Source: an uncultured Candidatus Saccharibacteria bacterium
Lineage (GTDB): Bacteria > Patescibacteriota > Minisyncoccia > Phycocordibacterales > WO2-35-19
NCBI GenBank assembly: GCA_964630525.1
Contig: CAZVUY010000004.1
Span: 11,448 to 75,447, forward strand
Direction of reading: 5' to 3'
Length of the DNA stretch: 64,000 nt
The position numbers were made by a program, and so were the translations under genes. The notes below the pieces were generated by a model that saw nothing but the letters and a program-made list of their open reading frames with translations, was not told the origin of the DNA and did not search any database. Of the stretch, positions 28,092 through 36,598 are shown one piece after another. Numbering within the stretch: the stretch's first letter is position 1; the number at the start of each line of letters is the position of its first letter.

Positions 28092-29510
28092 TTATTTCTT
28101 CTTTTTGATTTCTATCCTCAGTTCGCGGAGCTGTTTCTCAGAGATTGGGCTTGGTGAGTCCATCATCGCATCCCTACCCTCTCCTGTTTTCGGGAAAGCT
28201 ATCACTTCACGGATATTCGGTTCTCCTTGAAGAAGCATCACAAATCTGTCCAGACCCCAAGCGATACCTCCGTGCGGCGGAGTCCCAAGTTTAAATGCTT
28301 GCAACATGTGACCAAAATCTTTTTCTATAGACTCTTTTTCATAACCCAATATCTCAAAGACCTTTTGTAAAGCTTCGTATTGATGGTTTCTGATACTACC
28401 ACCCCCTATCTCATACCCGTTCAAAACAACGTCATATTGAGAAGTGATAATCTCGCCTATATTTTCTTTTGCCATTAGCCAGTTCATATGATCGTTGAGC
28501 GGTCTGGAAAATGGATTGTGGGTAAAGGTCCAATCTCCCTGAGTCTGTTTATTATCCGAAGTTTTAGTTTTTTCAAAAAATGGAAAATCTATAACCCAAC
28601 AGAAAGCTAGTAGGTCTGGATCATTCTTGTCTTTCCGAATATCTGGCCTGTCAGTACCGTATTTTTCCATAGCATCTTTATAAGTAATTTTAGGGAATGG
28701 TGTCTCCTGGATTTTTTTATGAGGATAAAGTTCTTTAATTATTTTGATTATAAGATTTTCGTTTGTTTGCATCACATCTTCTCGTTCTACGAAACTCATT
28801 TCCATATCAAGCTGAGTAAATTCTGGTTGTCTGTCCCCCCTTGTATCTTCATCACGCAAGCATTTTGCTATTTGGAAATATTTTTCTATGCCGCCTGTCA
28901 TCAAAAGCTGTTTATATTGTTGGGGTGATTGAGGTAAGGCATAAAATTCTCCAGGGTAAATCCTAGCAGGTACTACGTAGTCCCTGGCACCTTCTGGAGT
29001 GGACTTAGTGAGTATCGGGGTCTCTACTTCTATGAACCCTTCTTGGTCCAAATGATCTCTTATAATTTTTATTATTTTATGTCTGGCTCTGATGTTTTTT
29101 TGGACTCTATTGGATCGCAAGTCTACGTACTTGTATTTTAATCTTATATTCTCGTCAATGATAGAGGTGTCGGCACTGATATCAAACGGCAAGGTTTCCG
29201 CTTGATTTAAAACCTTGATGTCGGTCACCTCAAGCTCGATATCGCCGTTCCCCACCTTCTCATTTACCATTTTTTCGGGTCGTTTGTTGACGATACCTCT
29301 CACCTCTACTACCCATTCAGAACGGATCGGCTTCGATCTTTCTACTAGATCACCTTTGTTGGAGAGGACTACTCCTTGGACTAGGCCGGTCATGTCGCGG
29401 AAGTCAAAAAAGAGCATTTTGCCTTGATCGCGCGCCACTGCCACCCAGCCAGATATTGACACTTCTTTCCCAATATGATCTTTGAGATCCTTAATGTAGA
29501 TTCTTTTCAT
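28092..29510 (-). CDS. aspS: Aspartyl-tRNA synthetase, short form without the GAD insertion domain
   Basis: N-terminal OB fold, class II motifs (FYALPQSPQQYKQLLM, QLDMEMSF, GGGSIR, GLDRFVML). At 472 aa it lacks the bacterial insertion domain. Confidence 0.8.
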   Translation of the reverse strand: MKRIYIKDLKDHIGKEVSISGWVAVARDQGKMLFFDFRDMTGLVQGVVLSNKGDLVERSKPIRSEWVVEVRGIVNKRPEKMVNEKVGNGDIELEVTDIKVLNQAETLPFDISADTSIIDENIRLKYKYVDLRSNRVQKNIRARHKIIKIIRDHLDQEGFIEVETPILTKSTPEGARDYVVPARIYPGEFYALPQSPQQYKQLLMTGGIEKYFQIAKCLRDEDTRGDRQPEFTQLDMEMSFVEREDVMQTNENLIIKIIKELYPHKKIQETPFPKITYKDAMEKYGTDRPDIRKDKNDPDLLAFCWVIDFPFFEKTKTSDNKQTQGDWTFTHNPFSRPLNDHMNWLMAKENIGEIITSQYDVVLNGYEIGGGSIRNHQYEALQKVFEILGYEKESIEKDFGHMLQAFKLGTPPHGGIAWGLDRFVMLLQGEPNIREVIAFPKTGEGRDAMMDSPSPISEKQLRELRIEIKKKK

Positions 29511-29907
29511 AGTCCGATTCTAACAAAATAGCCCCTTTTTTACAATGCGGTATAAAGATGGTCTTGTTGACATTGAACCTTTTTAACGTTATTGTGTCAA
29601 ATGGAAGGGGGTTAGGTGCTGGTAGCTTTCGCGTGTGTCGTGGGCGCTATCTGCGCCATCACGCAACTCATGAATTTTTTAGAGAGTCGCGATCCCTGGG
29701 CTCTCTTGGTTGTGGCGATCTCCTTATCCATTTTATGGATCTGTGGGATGAGTGAGGAGGAGATTCGGGAAAGGATCTTATGGACAGCTTCTTTGAAGTT
29801 TTTGATCTGCGAATTCTCGGCTATTGTTGCGCGGGGGTTTGCGCGATTCTCTCTTTTGCTCTTGTGGCGTCCGCTTTCTTTTTTGCGGGAAAAAAAGAGC
29901 GGATACC

Positions 29908-30891
29908 CTAACGTGAGGTGACGCCGATAGCCTGTTTGGCTTCGGCAAGTTTAGGCCCGGCGACTGCGCGGGCCTTTTCCTTACCTTCTTCAAGAACCTT
30001 TTTGATTAATCTTTCATCTTTGGCGATTTCTTTTCTTTTTTCGCGCAAAGGTCTGATAAAGTTTTTCACATCTTCTATCAACATTTCTTTCAATTTTTTA
30101 TACTGACCCTTGTTTTCTTGATAAACTTCTTCAAGTTTATCAATGGTGAGCGAAGTCGAACCATTCGCAAACAGCTTATGAATCGCAAAAACATTTTCCG
30201 GATATTCTGCTTTTGAATCGGTGACTATGGCCATCACTTTTTCTTCGATTTCACCATCTTCGGCAAAAAGTGGGATGGTGTTGCCATAGCTCTTGCTCAT
30301 CTTCTTTCCATCAATGCCGGGCACCGTCTCCACATCTTTCATAATGTATTCTGCCGGCAGTTTGAAAATATCTCGGCCGAAAGCTGGACCGAATATTCTA
30401 TTAAATTTTTCGGCGGTGTCTCTGGCAAACTCGATGTGTTGCTTCTGATCTTGACCGACGGGGATAATATCTGGGCTGTAGAGCAAAATATCGGCCGCCA
30501 TCAGCATGGGGTAATTGAAGGTGCCCATACTGATCTCTTCCTCCCCACCTTTCGCTACTGCATCTTTATAGGCATGAGCGCGTTTGAGGTAAGGTAGAGT
30601 GGTGATCGTATCAAAAATCCAACAGAGCTCGGTGTGCTCGGGCACATCAGACTGCTTGAACAAAATATTTTTTTCGATATCAAAGCCGAGAGTCAGGTAG
30701 TCGACGACTAGTTCGTGAGTCAAGCTGCGCATTTCATCGGCGTTTTGAATGAAATTGAGGGCGTGATAATCGACAATGATAGCAAGTACCTTGCCTTCAT
30801 TTTGCATTTCGACGAGCTGTCTCATCATGCCAAAATAGTTGCCCAAATGCGGCCGCCCAGTTGGTTTGATGCCTGAAAGGATGGTTTTCAT
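29908..30891 (-). CDS. trpS: Tryptophanyl-tRNA synthetase
   Basis: ILSGIKPTGRPHLGNYFG, KMSKS. Confidence 0.95.
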   Translation of the reverse strand: MKTILSGIKPTGRPHLGNYFGMMRQLVEMQNEGKVLAIIVDYHALNFIQNADEMRSLTHELVVDYLTLGFDIEKNILFKQSDVPEHTELCWIFDTITTLPYLKRAHAYKDAVAKGGEEEISMGTFNYPMLMAADILLYSPDIIPVGQDQKQHIEFARDTAEKFNRIFGPAFGRDIFKLPAEYIMKDVETVPGIDGKKMSKSYGNTIPLFAEDGEIEEKVMAIVTDSKAEYPENVFAIHKLFANGSTSLTIDKLEEVYQENKGQYKKLKEMLIEDVKNFIRPLREKRKEIAKDERLIKKVLEEGKEKARAVAGPKLAEAKQAIGVTSR

Positions 30892-30944
30892 ATTTCTTAA
30901 ATATAACCCACCCTGCCCCCCCTTACAACACTAATCTCCCCCAG

Positions 30945-30967
30945 CCCCTCTTTATGTTAAAGAGGGG
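30945..30967. repeat. REP-like hairpin CCCCTCTTTA-tgt-TAAAGAGGGG, followed by GTGACT
   Basis: Same family as 31014-31036, 46100-46124 and 46155-46177. Confidence 0.7.
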
Positions 30968-31013
30968 TGACTAAAATCTAGATTTTAGTGAAATTTTAGT
31001 TATGTTGCGCAGG

Positions 31014-31036
31014 CCTCCCTTTAAAGTGAAGGGAGG
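31014..31036. repeat. REP-like hairpin CCTCCCTTtaaagtgAAGGGAGG
   Basis: Related to the 30945 element, in the same intergenic spacer. Confidence 0.6.
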
Positions 31037-31074
31037 TTAGGAGGGATTATTTGGAAGAACAGGTGGAGGTGAAG

Positions 31075-31971
31075 TTACCTCTCCCAAATTGCAAAGATGG
31101 ACATTGGCAATAGTCGAGCCGTCTCAAGAGCCGAGCTGAAATTTTCCTGTGGTATGGCGAGTTCGCCTGCTTTGATATTGCCGCCAAGGTTTTTAGTAAT
31201 GTCAGAAAGGATATTGACAGCAGAGACAGCGGAGAGCTCGGTCGAATACATGTTGAGGATTATAAAAAGCGGATCATCGCTCAAGAGCTCTTTGCAAAGA
31301 AGTAGCAGATTGTCTAATTTTTCTTCTATTTTCCAAACTTCCCCTTTTGGACCTTTGCCGTAGCTTGGCGGGTCCATGATAATGGCGTCGTACCTTTCCT
31401 TTCTTTTTACTTCTCTTTTCAAAAATTTGACCACATCGTCTACAATCCAGCGGATGGGAGCATTCTCAAGTCCGGAAAGTTTTTGGTTTTCTCTCCCCCA
31501 ATCAACACTCTGTTTTGAAGCATCTACATGAGTAACCTCTGCCCCACTCTTCGCCGCTACCAAGCTAGCGATTCCAGTATAGCCAAATAGGTTTAATATT
31601 CTTAAACCTTTAATTTTCAATTTAGAATTTTCAATTTTTAATTCCCCATCCTTGATTCTAGATTCTAGATTCGAGATTCTATTTTTTACCCATTGCCATT
31701 GTGTAAATTGCTCGGGAAAAATCCCTATATGCTTTGATCCTTCCTTAAACTTTATTTTGCATTTGACTCCCAAATCTCCCAAATCTAAGACCGTTTCCAA
31801 TTCTTTGCCCGCATCTTGCCACTTGCTACTTTCTAGCTCTTTTTGCCACCACGCTCGTGGTTCTTTCCTTACAATCTTGATCCCGTTTATTTCCTCTAGT
31901 TTCTCCCCTGCTCCACTATCAAGTAGTTTGTATCCGGGTACTTCTCTCGCCCAAATTTCAATATTTTTCAT
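31075..31971 (-). CDS. Class I SAM-dependent RNA methyltransferase (RlmI/YccW-like catalytic domain, no PUA)
   Basis: LNLFGYTGIASLVAAKSGAEVTHVDAS (motif I), IIMDPPSY (motif IV). An in-frame tandem repeat (gattcta x3) encodes KIENSKLKIKG. Confidence 0.7.
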   Translation of the reverse strand: MKNIEIWAREVPGYKLLDSGAGEKLEEINGIKIVRKEPRAWWQKELESSKWQDAGKELETVLDLGDLGVKCKIKFKEGSKHIGIFPEQFTQWQWVKNRISNLESRIKDGELKIENSKLKIKGLRILNLFGYTGIASLVAAKSGAEVTHVDASKQSVDWGRENQKLSGLENAPIRWIVDDVVKFLKREVKRKERYDAIIMDPPSYGKGPKGEVWKIEEKLDNLLLLCKELLSDDPLFIILNMYSTELSAVSAVNILSDITKNLGGNIKAGELAIPQENFSSALETARLLPMSIFAIWER

Positions 31972-31989
31972 GGTTTTAAAGATAACATA

Positions 31990-33696
31990 TTACAAAAACA
32001 AGCGGACGAGGCGGAGGTCGTCGTAAGAGTATTTACTGCCGAGGAGTTCTTTGACTGGTGCAAGGCGGTATTGGCCACCTTCGCTTGTACCCACCTTCTT
32101 AAACGCATTGTAGATAGCCTGAAACTTGTTTTTAGGAATGTTGCTGCGGAGATTGTAGATATTAAACTTCGGATCATTGCTTCTGATTTCTTCGATATGG
32201 TCAAAGATGGTGTTTGATTTCAACCCCCTCTCTTTTGCTACCTCTTTGACCCCGAAACCTTTTTCGAGCAATTGTTTGGTTTGGGTGACTGTATCAACCT
32301 TTTTTATTTTCTTTTTGTGATCGTTACTTATTTTTTCGGCGAAGTCAGTGTGCATTTGTGAAATTTTCTGATCACCCATAGTGCGAACATGGAAAGCATT
32401 GGTGGCTGACAACTTTTTGAATTTTTGATCAAAATCAATCACTTCCTCATCTACTTCCAATGCTTTCTCGTTGAAACCTTTTAGGAAAAGACCGGAGAGC
32501 GAGCGGACTCGGGAGAGGGCGACATAGCCCATGCCCTTTTCAAAAGAACGTGATAGATCTATTTGGGCTGCGTCGAGCGACATTCCCTGGCTTTTGTGTA
32601 CCGTGATCGCCCAAGCCAGGCGCAAGGGGTACTGGTTTATCTCGGCTTTGATCTTGTCATCTTCCTCGATAACCCAGGAAGCCCTTTCGACATCGATCTT
32701 CTGGCTGTTTAAGGTTTTCACTCGTATTTCTTCATAACCACAATGCTCGACTGTGCCGAGAGTGCCGTTCACATAACCCTCGTCAAAATTGTTTTTGACA
32801 AACATCACTTTAGCGCCAACTTTGAGTTCCAATTTTTCTGGTGCGAGACAACTTTTCTTCAAAAGTTCTACAAGTGACGGGGTGCCCCGGCTATGCATCT
32901 CGTAAACATGATTTTTATTGTCGATCTTTTTTAGCTCAGTCTGGTTTTCCGAATCAACATCTCGGTTGTGAGAATACAATCTGGTGGGCGACAAGTCTGT
33001 AGATTGGTCGAACCTAGTTTTTAGAATCTCTCGGGTTTCTGTGGTGACCTGATTGTTCCTGATGTCGTTTAATATTTTCAAGAAAAGGTTGTCGTTCTGG
33101 CGGTGCTGCTCCTCGAGGTAGCAGATTTTTAGATCCAAGTTTCGCCAAATATCGGCATGGTAGGCAAAGCGAGCTTCTCGCTCACCGCTCCGGTGCACTG
33201 GCGGTAATTGGAAAAAGTCGCCACAGAAGACTATTTGCATGCCACCAAACGGTTGGTCGACCGACTTGACCGCTCTGATGATCTGATCGACCAGATCAAG
33301 TCGAAAGTGGTGGAGCATCGATATTTCGTCGATTATCAAAACTTGAGCATCCCGGATTTTTTTGCGGATGTGTGATTTTTCGGCGATCTCTAAAGCTTCG
33401 CTATGGCTCAAGCTGTCGCGAATGCCAATGCCCGACCAAGAATGGATGGTGATACCGCCCATGTGGGTAGCGGCTATGCCGGTTGAGGCAGTGACTCCAA
33501 AATCGGCATCAAGTTTTTTGAGGTAGGCTATGTATTCTCGCAAGACATAGGTTTTGCCGCTGCCGGCTGCTCCGGTGAGGAAGACATTGCGTCCAGTTTT
33601 CAAGATATCGAGAGCTTCTTTTTGGGTCATAGGAGATATTGTAGCTCTTTGTGTCCCTTTTTCAATTTCCCCATTTTGGGTATTGACAAAAAGCAT
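31990..33696 (-). CDS. PIF1/RecD-family 5'-3' DNA helicase with C-terminal HTH-like extension
   Basis: Walker A LTGAAGSGKTY, IIDEISM, FCGDFFQLPPV, and C-terminal helicase motifs. The true start is probably the internal Met at 33630 (MTQKEALDIL), because a plus-strand promoter overlaps the ORF-caller start. Confidence 0.8.
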   Translation of the reverse strand: MLFVNTQNGEIEKGTQRATISPMTQKEALDILKTGRNVFLTGAAGSGKTYVLREYIAYLKKLDADFGVTASTGIAATHMGGITIHSWSGIGIRDSLSHSEALEIAEKSHIRKKIRDAQVLIIDEISMLHHFRLDLVDQIIRAVKSVDQPFGGMQIVFCGDFFQLPPVHRSGEREARFAYHADIWRNLDLKICYLEEQHRQNDNLFLKILNDIRNNQVTTETREILKTRFDQSTDLSPTRLYSHNRDVDSENQTELKKIDNKNHVYEMHSRGTPSLVELLKKSCLAPEKLELKVGAKVMFVKNNFDEGYVNGTLGTVEHCGYEEIRVKTLNSQKIDVERASWVIEEDDKIKAEINQYPLRLAWAITVHKSQGMSLDAAQIDLSRSFEKGMGYVALSRVRSLSGLFLKGFNEKALEVDEEVIDFDQKFKKLSATNAFHVRTMGDQKISQMHTDFAEKISNDHKKKIKKVDTVTQTKQLLEKGFGVKEVAKERGLKSNTIFDHIEEIRSNDPKFNIYNLRSNIPKNKFQAIYNAFKKVGTSEGGQYRLAPVKELLGSKYSYDDLRLVRLFL

Positions 33697-33712
33697 CCTT
33701 TGGTTCTATAAT
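33683..33712 (+). promoter_or_regulatory. Consensus sigma70-type promoter (TTGACA-N18-TATAAT) facing a 200-bp GC-rich spacer
   Basis: ttgaca 33683-33688, tataat 33707-33712. Confidence 0.55.
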
Positions 33713-33719
33713 AAACCTA

Positions 33720-33891
33720 GAAAGTTCAGGCTTGCTGAAGCCGCTCAAATTGTCCGTGCGCCTCCTCCACCCACGGATCTCCAACTGAGCGGTTCGCAGC
33801 TGCCCCCGAGATTGCAGGCGTTCTCCCTGGTCACACAACCACTCCTTACACCAGGGTAACATGAACGCCTCTCTCGGGGGTGTTTTCTTTT
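33720..33891 (+). ncRNA. Candidate ~170-nt structured sRNA of unknown family
   Basis: Bounded by the promoter above and an intrinsic terminator: CCCCCGAGA..AGGCGTTC..CCCTGGT(loop)ACCAGGG..GAACGCCT..TCTCGGGGG, then TGTTTTCTTTT. The 5' domain holds a second nested hairpin (CCGCTCA..CCGTG..CACGG..TGAGCGG). No protein-like ORF. Confidence 0.35.
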
Positions 33892-33909
33892 ATAAATTTT
33901 TAGGGTTGA

Positions 33910-35538
33910 TTAAGAATATTTTGGCAATTCGATCGTGAAGGTGGTGCCTTTGCCCAGACCATCGGAATCAACCTTGATATCTCCTTGGTGCGCCTCAACC
34001 ATCTTCTTGGCGATGTAGAGGCCAAGACCGGTACCGATGACGTTGGTTTTATTGGCATCTTTGGTGCGCGAGAATTTGGCAAAAAGCTTGCCCATTTCTT
34101 GAGGATCGATACCAACTCCGGTGTCTTTGATGGCCACCTTTACTTTATTACCCTCAGTGAAGACCGCGATCGATATGTCACCTTTCACGGTGTATTTAAT
34201 GGAATTGTCGATCAGATTGCTGATTGCCTGTTTGATTTTGTTACGGTCGGCATTGACCTCTTGTTTTGCACTTTTGATGTTGACCTGAAGCTCTAATCCA
34301 GCATTTTGTATGTTGGGCTTTATTTCATTTGCTACCTCGTTTACCAGAGCACCGATATCAAAAATCGATTTTTCATAAACCATCCTCCCCTGTTCAATTC
34401 GAGAAATATTAAGGAAATCATTGACAATATTGATGAGGTTTTGGCACGATTTCATAACGATCTCTACTGAGCTTGCCGCCTTGGGTGGCAAGACTCCAAA
34501 ATCCCCCTCAAGCAACATCGAGGAGTAGCCTTTAATGGCGGTGAGCGGTGCTCGGATCTGGTGTGTCGCCAGGGAGAGGAATTCTGATTTGAGTTGGTCG
34601 AGCTCCTTGAGCTTATCGTTGGCTAATTGGAGGTCTTTGGCCAACTTCTCAATCTTTTCTCTCTGTTCGACTTCTCTAAAAACACTTTTAACAATAAGTA
34701 TACCAAGTGTAACAACCAGTATAAATATTCCGCTTCTGAAAATCACTAACTCTAGATTGTTTTTTGCGACTATAACCTCAAACAGACTAACTATTGATAA
34801 TACAAAAGTAAGCGTGCTTGTTGCCAAAACCTTAATTTTAAGAAGATTTTGTTTCGATATTGCGTAAAATGTAAGAATAACGAATGGGAAAAAGAATACC
34901 GGTGCTAGCCCAACGTATCTTGATTTGTCCAATAATGCTGGCAGAATAAAATTGAATATAATGATAAACGAGAAAGTGATAAAAGTACCCAAAGCCACTA
35001 GTTTGTAAGGTTTTCTTTGTCCGCTCTGAACACGAATGGCTTTTCTAATAACTATAAATATTCCACTGACAACAAGGCTTAGTATAATTAACCCAAACAA
35101 AACTATCGCTGGTCCGTTGTTTACCTCCAGTATTTTCCCTGTGTCAGAGGCGGCTTTGATACTACTGAATATGAGAGGAGTGAACGCTACTAAAGAACTT
35201 ACTGTCACTAGGGGTAATAGTAGATATTTATAGGATTTAGGAAAAATTATCAAGTCATTAGGAAAAACATAAAATAATCTAAAGAAAGAAAATGCGTGCC
35301 AAATTGCAAAGAATATAGTTAATTTTAGTAGCCAGAATCCTAAAGTTAAATTTGTGGCTTGATATACCAAGTAATTGGTTACGCTGTAGAGCACTGTAAG
35401 TATTGAGAAGAAAAGAAATGATTGGTTGGTAACACTCTTTGTATTATTAAAATAAACGGTAAAACCAAGGGTGATAATGGCCGATGTTGTTATTGCTACT
35501 GCGAGCAGGTCTAGATTTGTAATTTCATTTATACTCAT
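33910..35538 (-). CDS. Sensor histidine kinase with 7-TM-like N-terminal domain (orphan, no adjacent response regulator)
   Basis: About 7 N-terminal TMs, a coiled-coil linker, HisKA H-box (LSLATHQIRAPLTAIKGY) and HATPase_c (NLIDNSIKYT, GTGLGLYIAKKMVE). Confidence 0.85.
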   Translation of the reverse strand: MSINEITNLDLLAVAITTSAIITLGFTVYFNNTKSVTNQSFLFFSILTVLYSVTNYLVYQATNLTLGFWLLKLTIFFAIWHAFSFFRLFYVFPNDLIIFPKSYKYLLLPLVTVSSLVAFTPLIFSSIKAASDTGKILEVNNGPAIVLFGLIILSLVVSGIFIVIRKAIRVQSGQRKPYKLVALGTFITFSFIIIFNFILPALLDKSRYVGLAPVFFFPFVILTFYAISKQNLLKIKVLATSTLTFVLSIVSLFEVIVAKNNLELVIFRSGIFILVVTLGILIVKSVFREVEQREKIEKLAKDLQLANDKLKELDQLKSEFLSLATHQIRAPLTAIKGYSSMLLEGDFGVLPPKAASSVEIVMKSCQNLINIVNDFLNISRIEQGRMVYEKSIFDIGALVNEVANEIKPNIQNAGLELQVNIKSAKQEVNADRNKIKQAISNLIDNSIKYTVKGDISIAVFTEGNKVKVAIKDTGVGIDPQEMGKLFAKFSRTKDANKTNVIGTGLGLYIAKKMVEAHQGDIKVDSDGLGKGTTFTIELPKYS

Positions 35539-36596
35539 ACCTTTTTAATTTTGGGAGGTTGTTTTTGTGAGCGAGCGGTTACTTTGTCAGCATAACCAAT
35601 TCTGAATACGAAACTCACAACATCTTTTTTTATATTGAAAATTTCTCTAATTATACTATATGTTTTTTTTATTTCATGAATGTGCTTTTCTTTGAAGATA
35701 ATTTTATCATTATGGATAATTTTGTTTGCCAAGAATACTATACCTGTAATTGGTTGTATATATAAATTATGTTTGGTGGCTATTAACCAAATTTTCTGCA
35801 TTATTCTTCCCACCTCAATAAATTTTATCGGCTCATATTTCTCAATGGTAATAATTCCGATACCTCCACCATGGCCGTATATTTTAGCGTTTGTTTTTGA
35901 TACTAAATTAGAGAACCCAAAAATATTCAGAAATCTAACGATGGGCCATACTTTGATTATTCTAAAGATGTATTCTACTATGGCCGGTAATTCTAAGGTT
36001 TTTATGTATAGTCCATGAGTGAACTGACTATTCTCCTGTTCTTTCCAGTTTATTTCAGCAAAAAACGATTGATGGATCAACTTGTTTTCTAGGGCAATTT
36101 TTTCCATTATACTTACAGCTTTCGCAAGAGCGGTTCTTTTAGTTCTACTTTCAGTTATAAGAATTCTGATTCCCGAATCATTTTGATTTACGGATAGGAT
36201 TTCAGTTTTAGCTAACTGATCAATCTTTTTATCGTAATAAATCTTTCGGTTTGTATGCCTGCCGGTTATATAACTGAAAAGTTTGCTGTTGGGATTTTTT
36301 TTTGTTTTTATAAAAGATATGATGGCGACTAAATCTTTTTCTTTAGCCTTATTTAGTACAAGATCTATTTTAGCCTCATACCCATAATGGCTTGAGGCTA
36401 TACAAATATTTTCTATAAGAGCTCCGTGGGCTATATAAGAACCAGTTTGCTCAAAATTCAGCACCGGATTATCTTTGTCTGGTATGTTGTATAAAAAAAG
36501 TTTATTCGATTTTATTTCAAATCTCCATGGTTGTGAATTACCGCCAGAGGGGGCTTGGATACCATAATAGATTATATCTTCTATTAACTTATTCAT
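35535..36596 (-). CDS. Tandem nitroreductase-fold oxidoreductase (SagB/McbC-like FMN-dehydrogenase candidate)
   Basis: The N-terminus YGIQAPSGGNSQPWRF is the classic nitroreductase FMN motif. At 353 aa it is consistent with two fused nitroreductase-like halves. Very AT-rich. Confidence 0.55.
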   Translation of the reverse strand: MNKLIEDIIYYGIQAPSGGNSQPWRFEIKSNKLFLYNIPDKDNPVLNFEQTGSYIAHGALIENICIASSHYGYEAKIDLVLNKAKEKDLVAIISFIKTKKNPNSKLFSYITGRHTNRKIYYDKKIDQLAKTEILSVNQNDSGIRILITESRTKRTALAKAVSIMEKIALENKLIHQSFFAEINWKEQENSQFTHGLYIKTLELPAIVEYIFRIIKVWPIVRFLNIFGFSNLVSKTNAKIYGHGGGIGIITIEKYEPIKFIEVGRIMQKIWLIATKHNLYIQPITGIVFLANKIIHNDKIIFKEKHIHEIKKTYSIIREIFNIKKDVVSFVFRIGYADKVTARSQKQPPKIKKV

Positions 36597-36598
36597 TC

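Noticed and set aside
29616-29921. 101-aa plus-strand ORF between aspS and trpS as a real gene
   Set aside because: It reads through a hairpin terminator and overlaps the trpS stop codon. It is kept only as a low-interest observation, not a feature.
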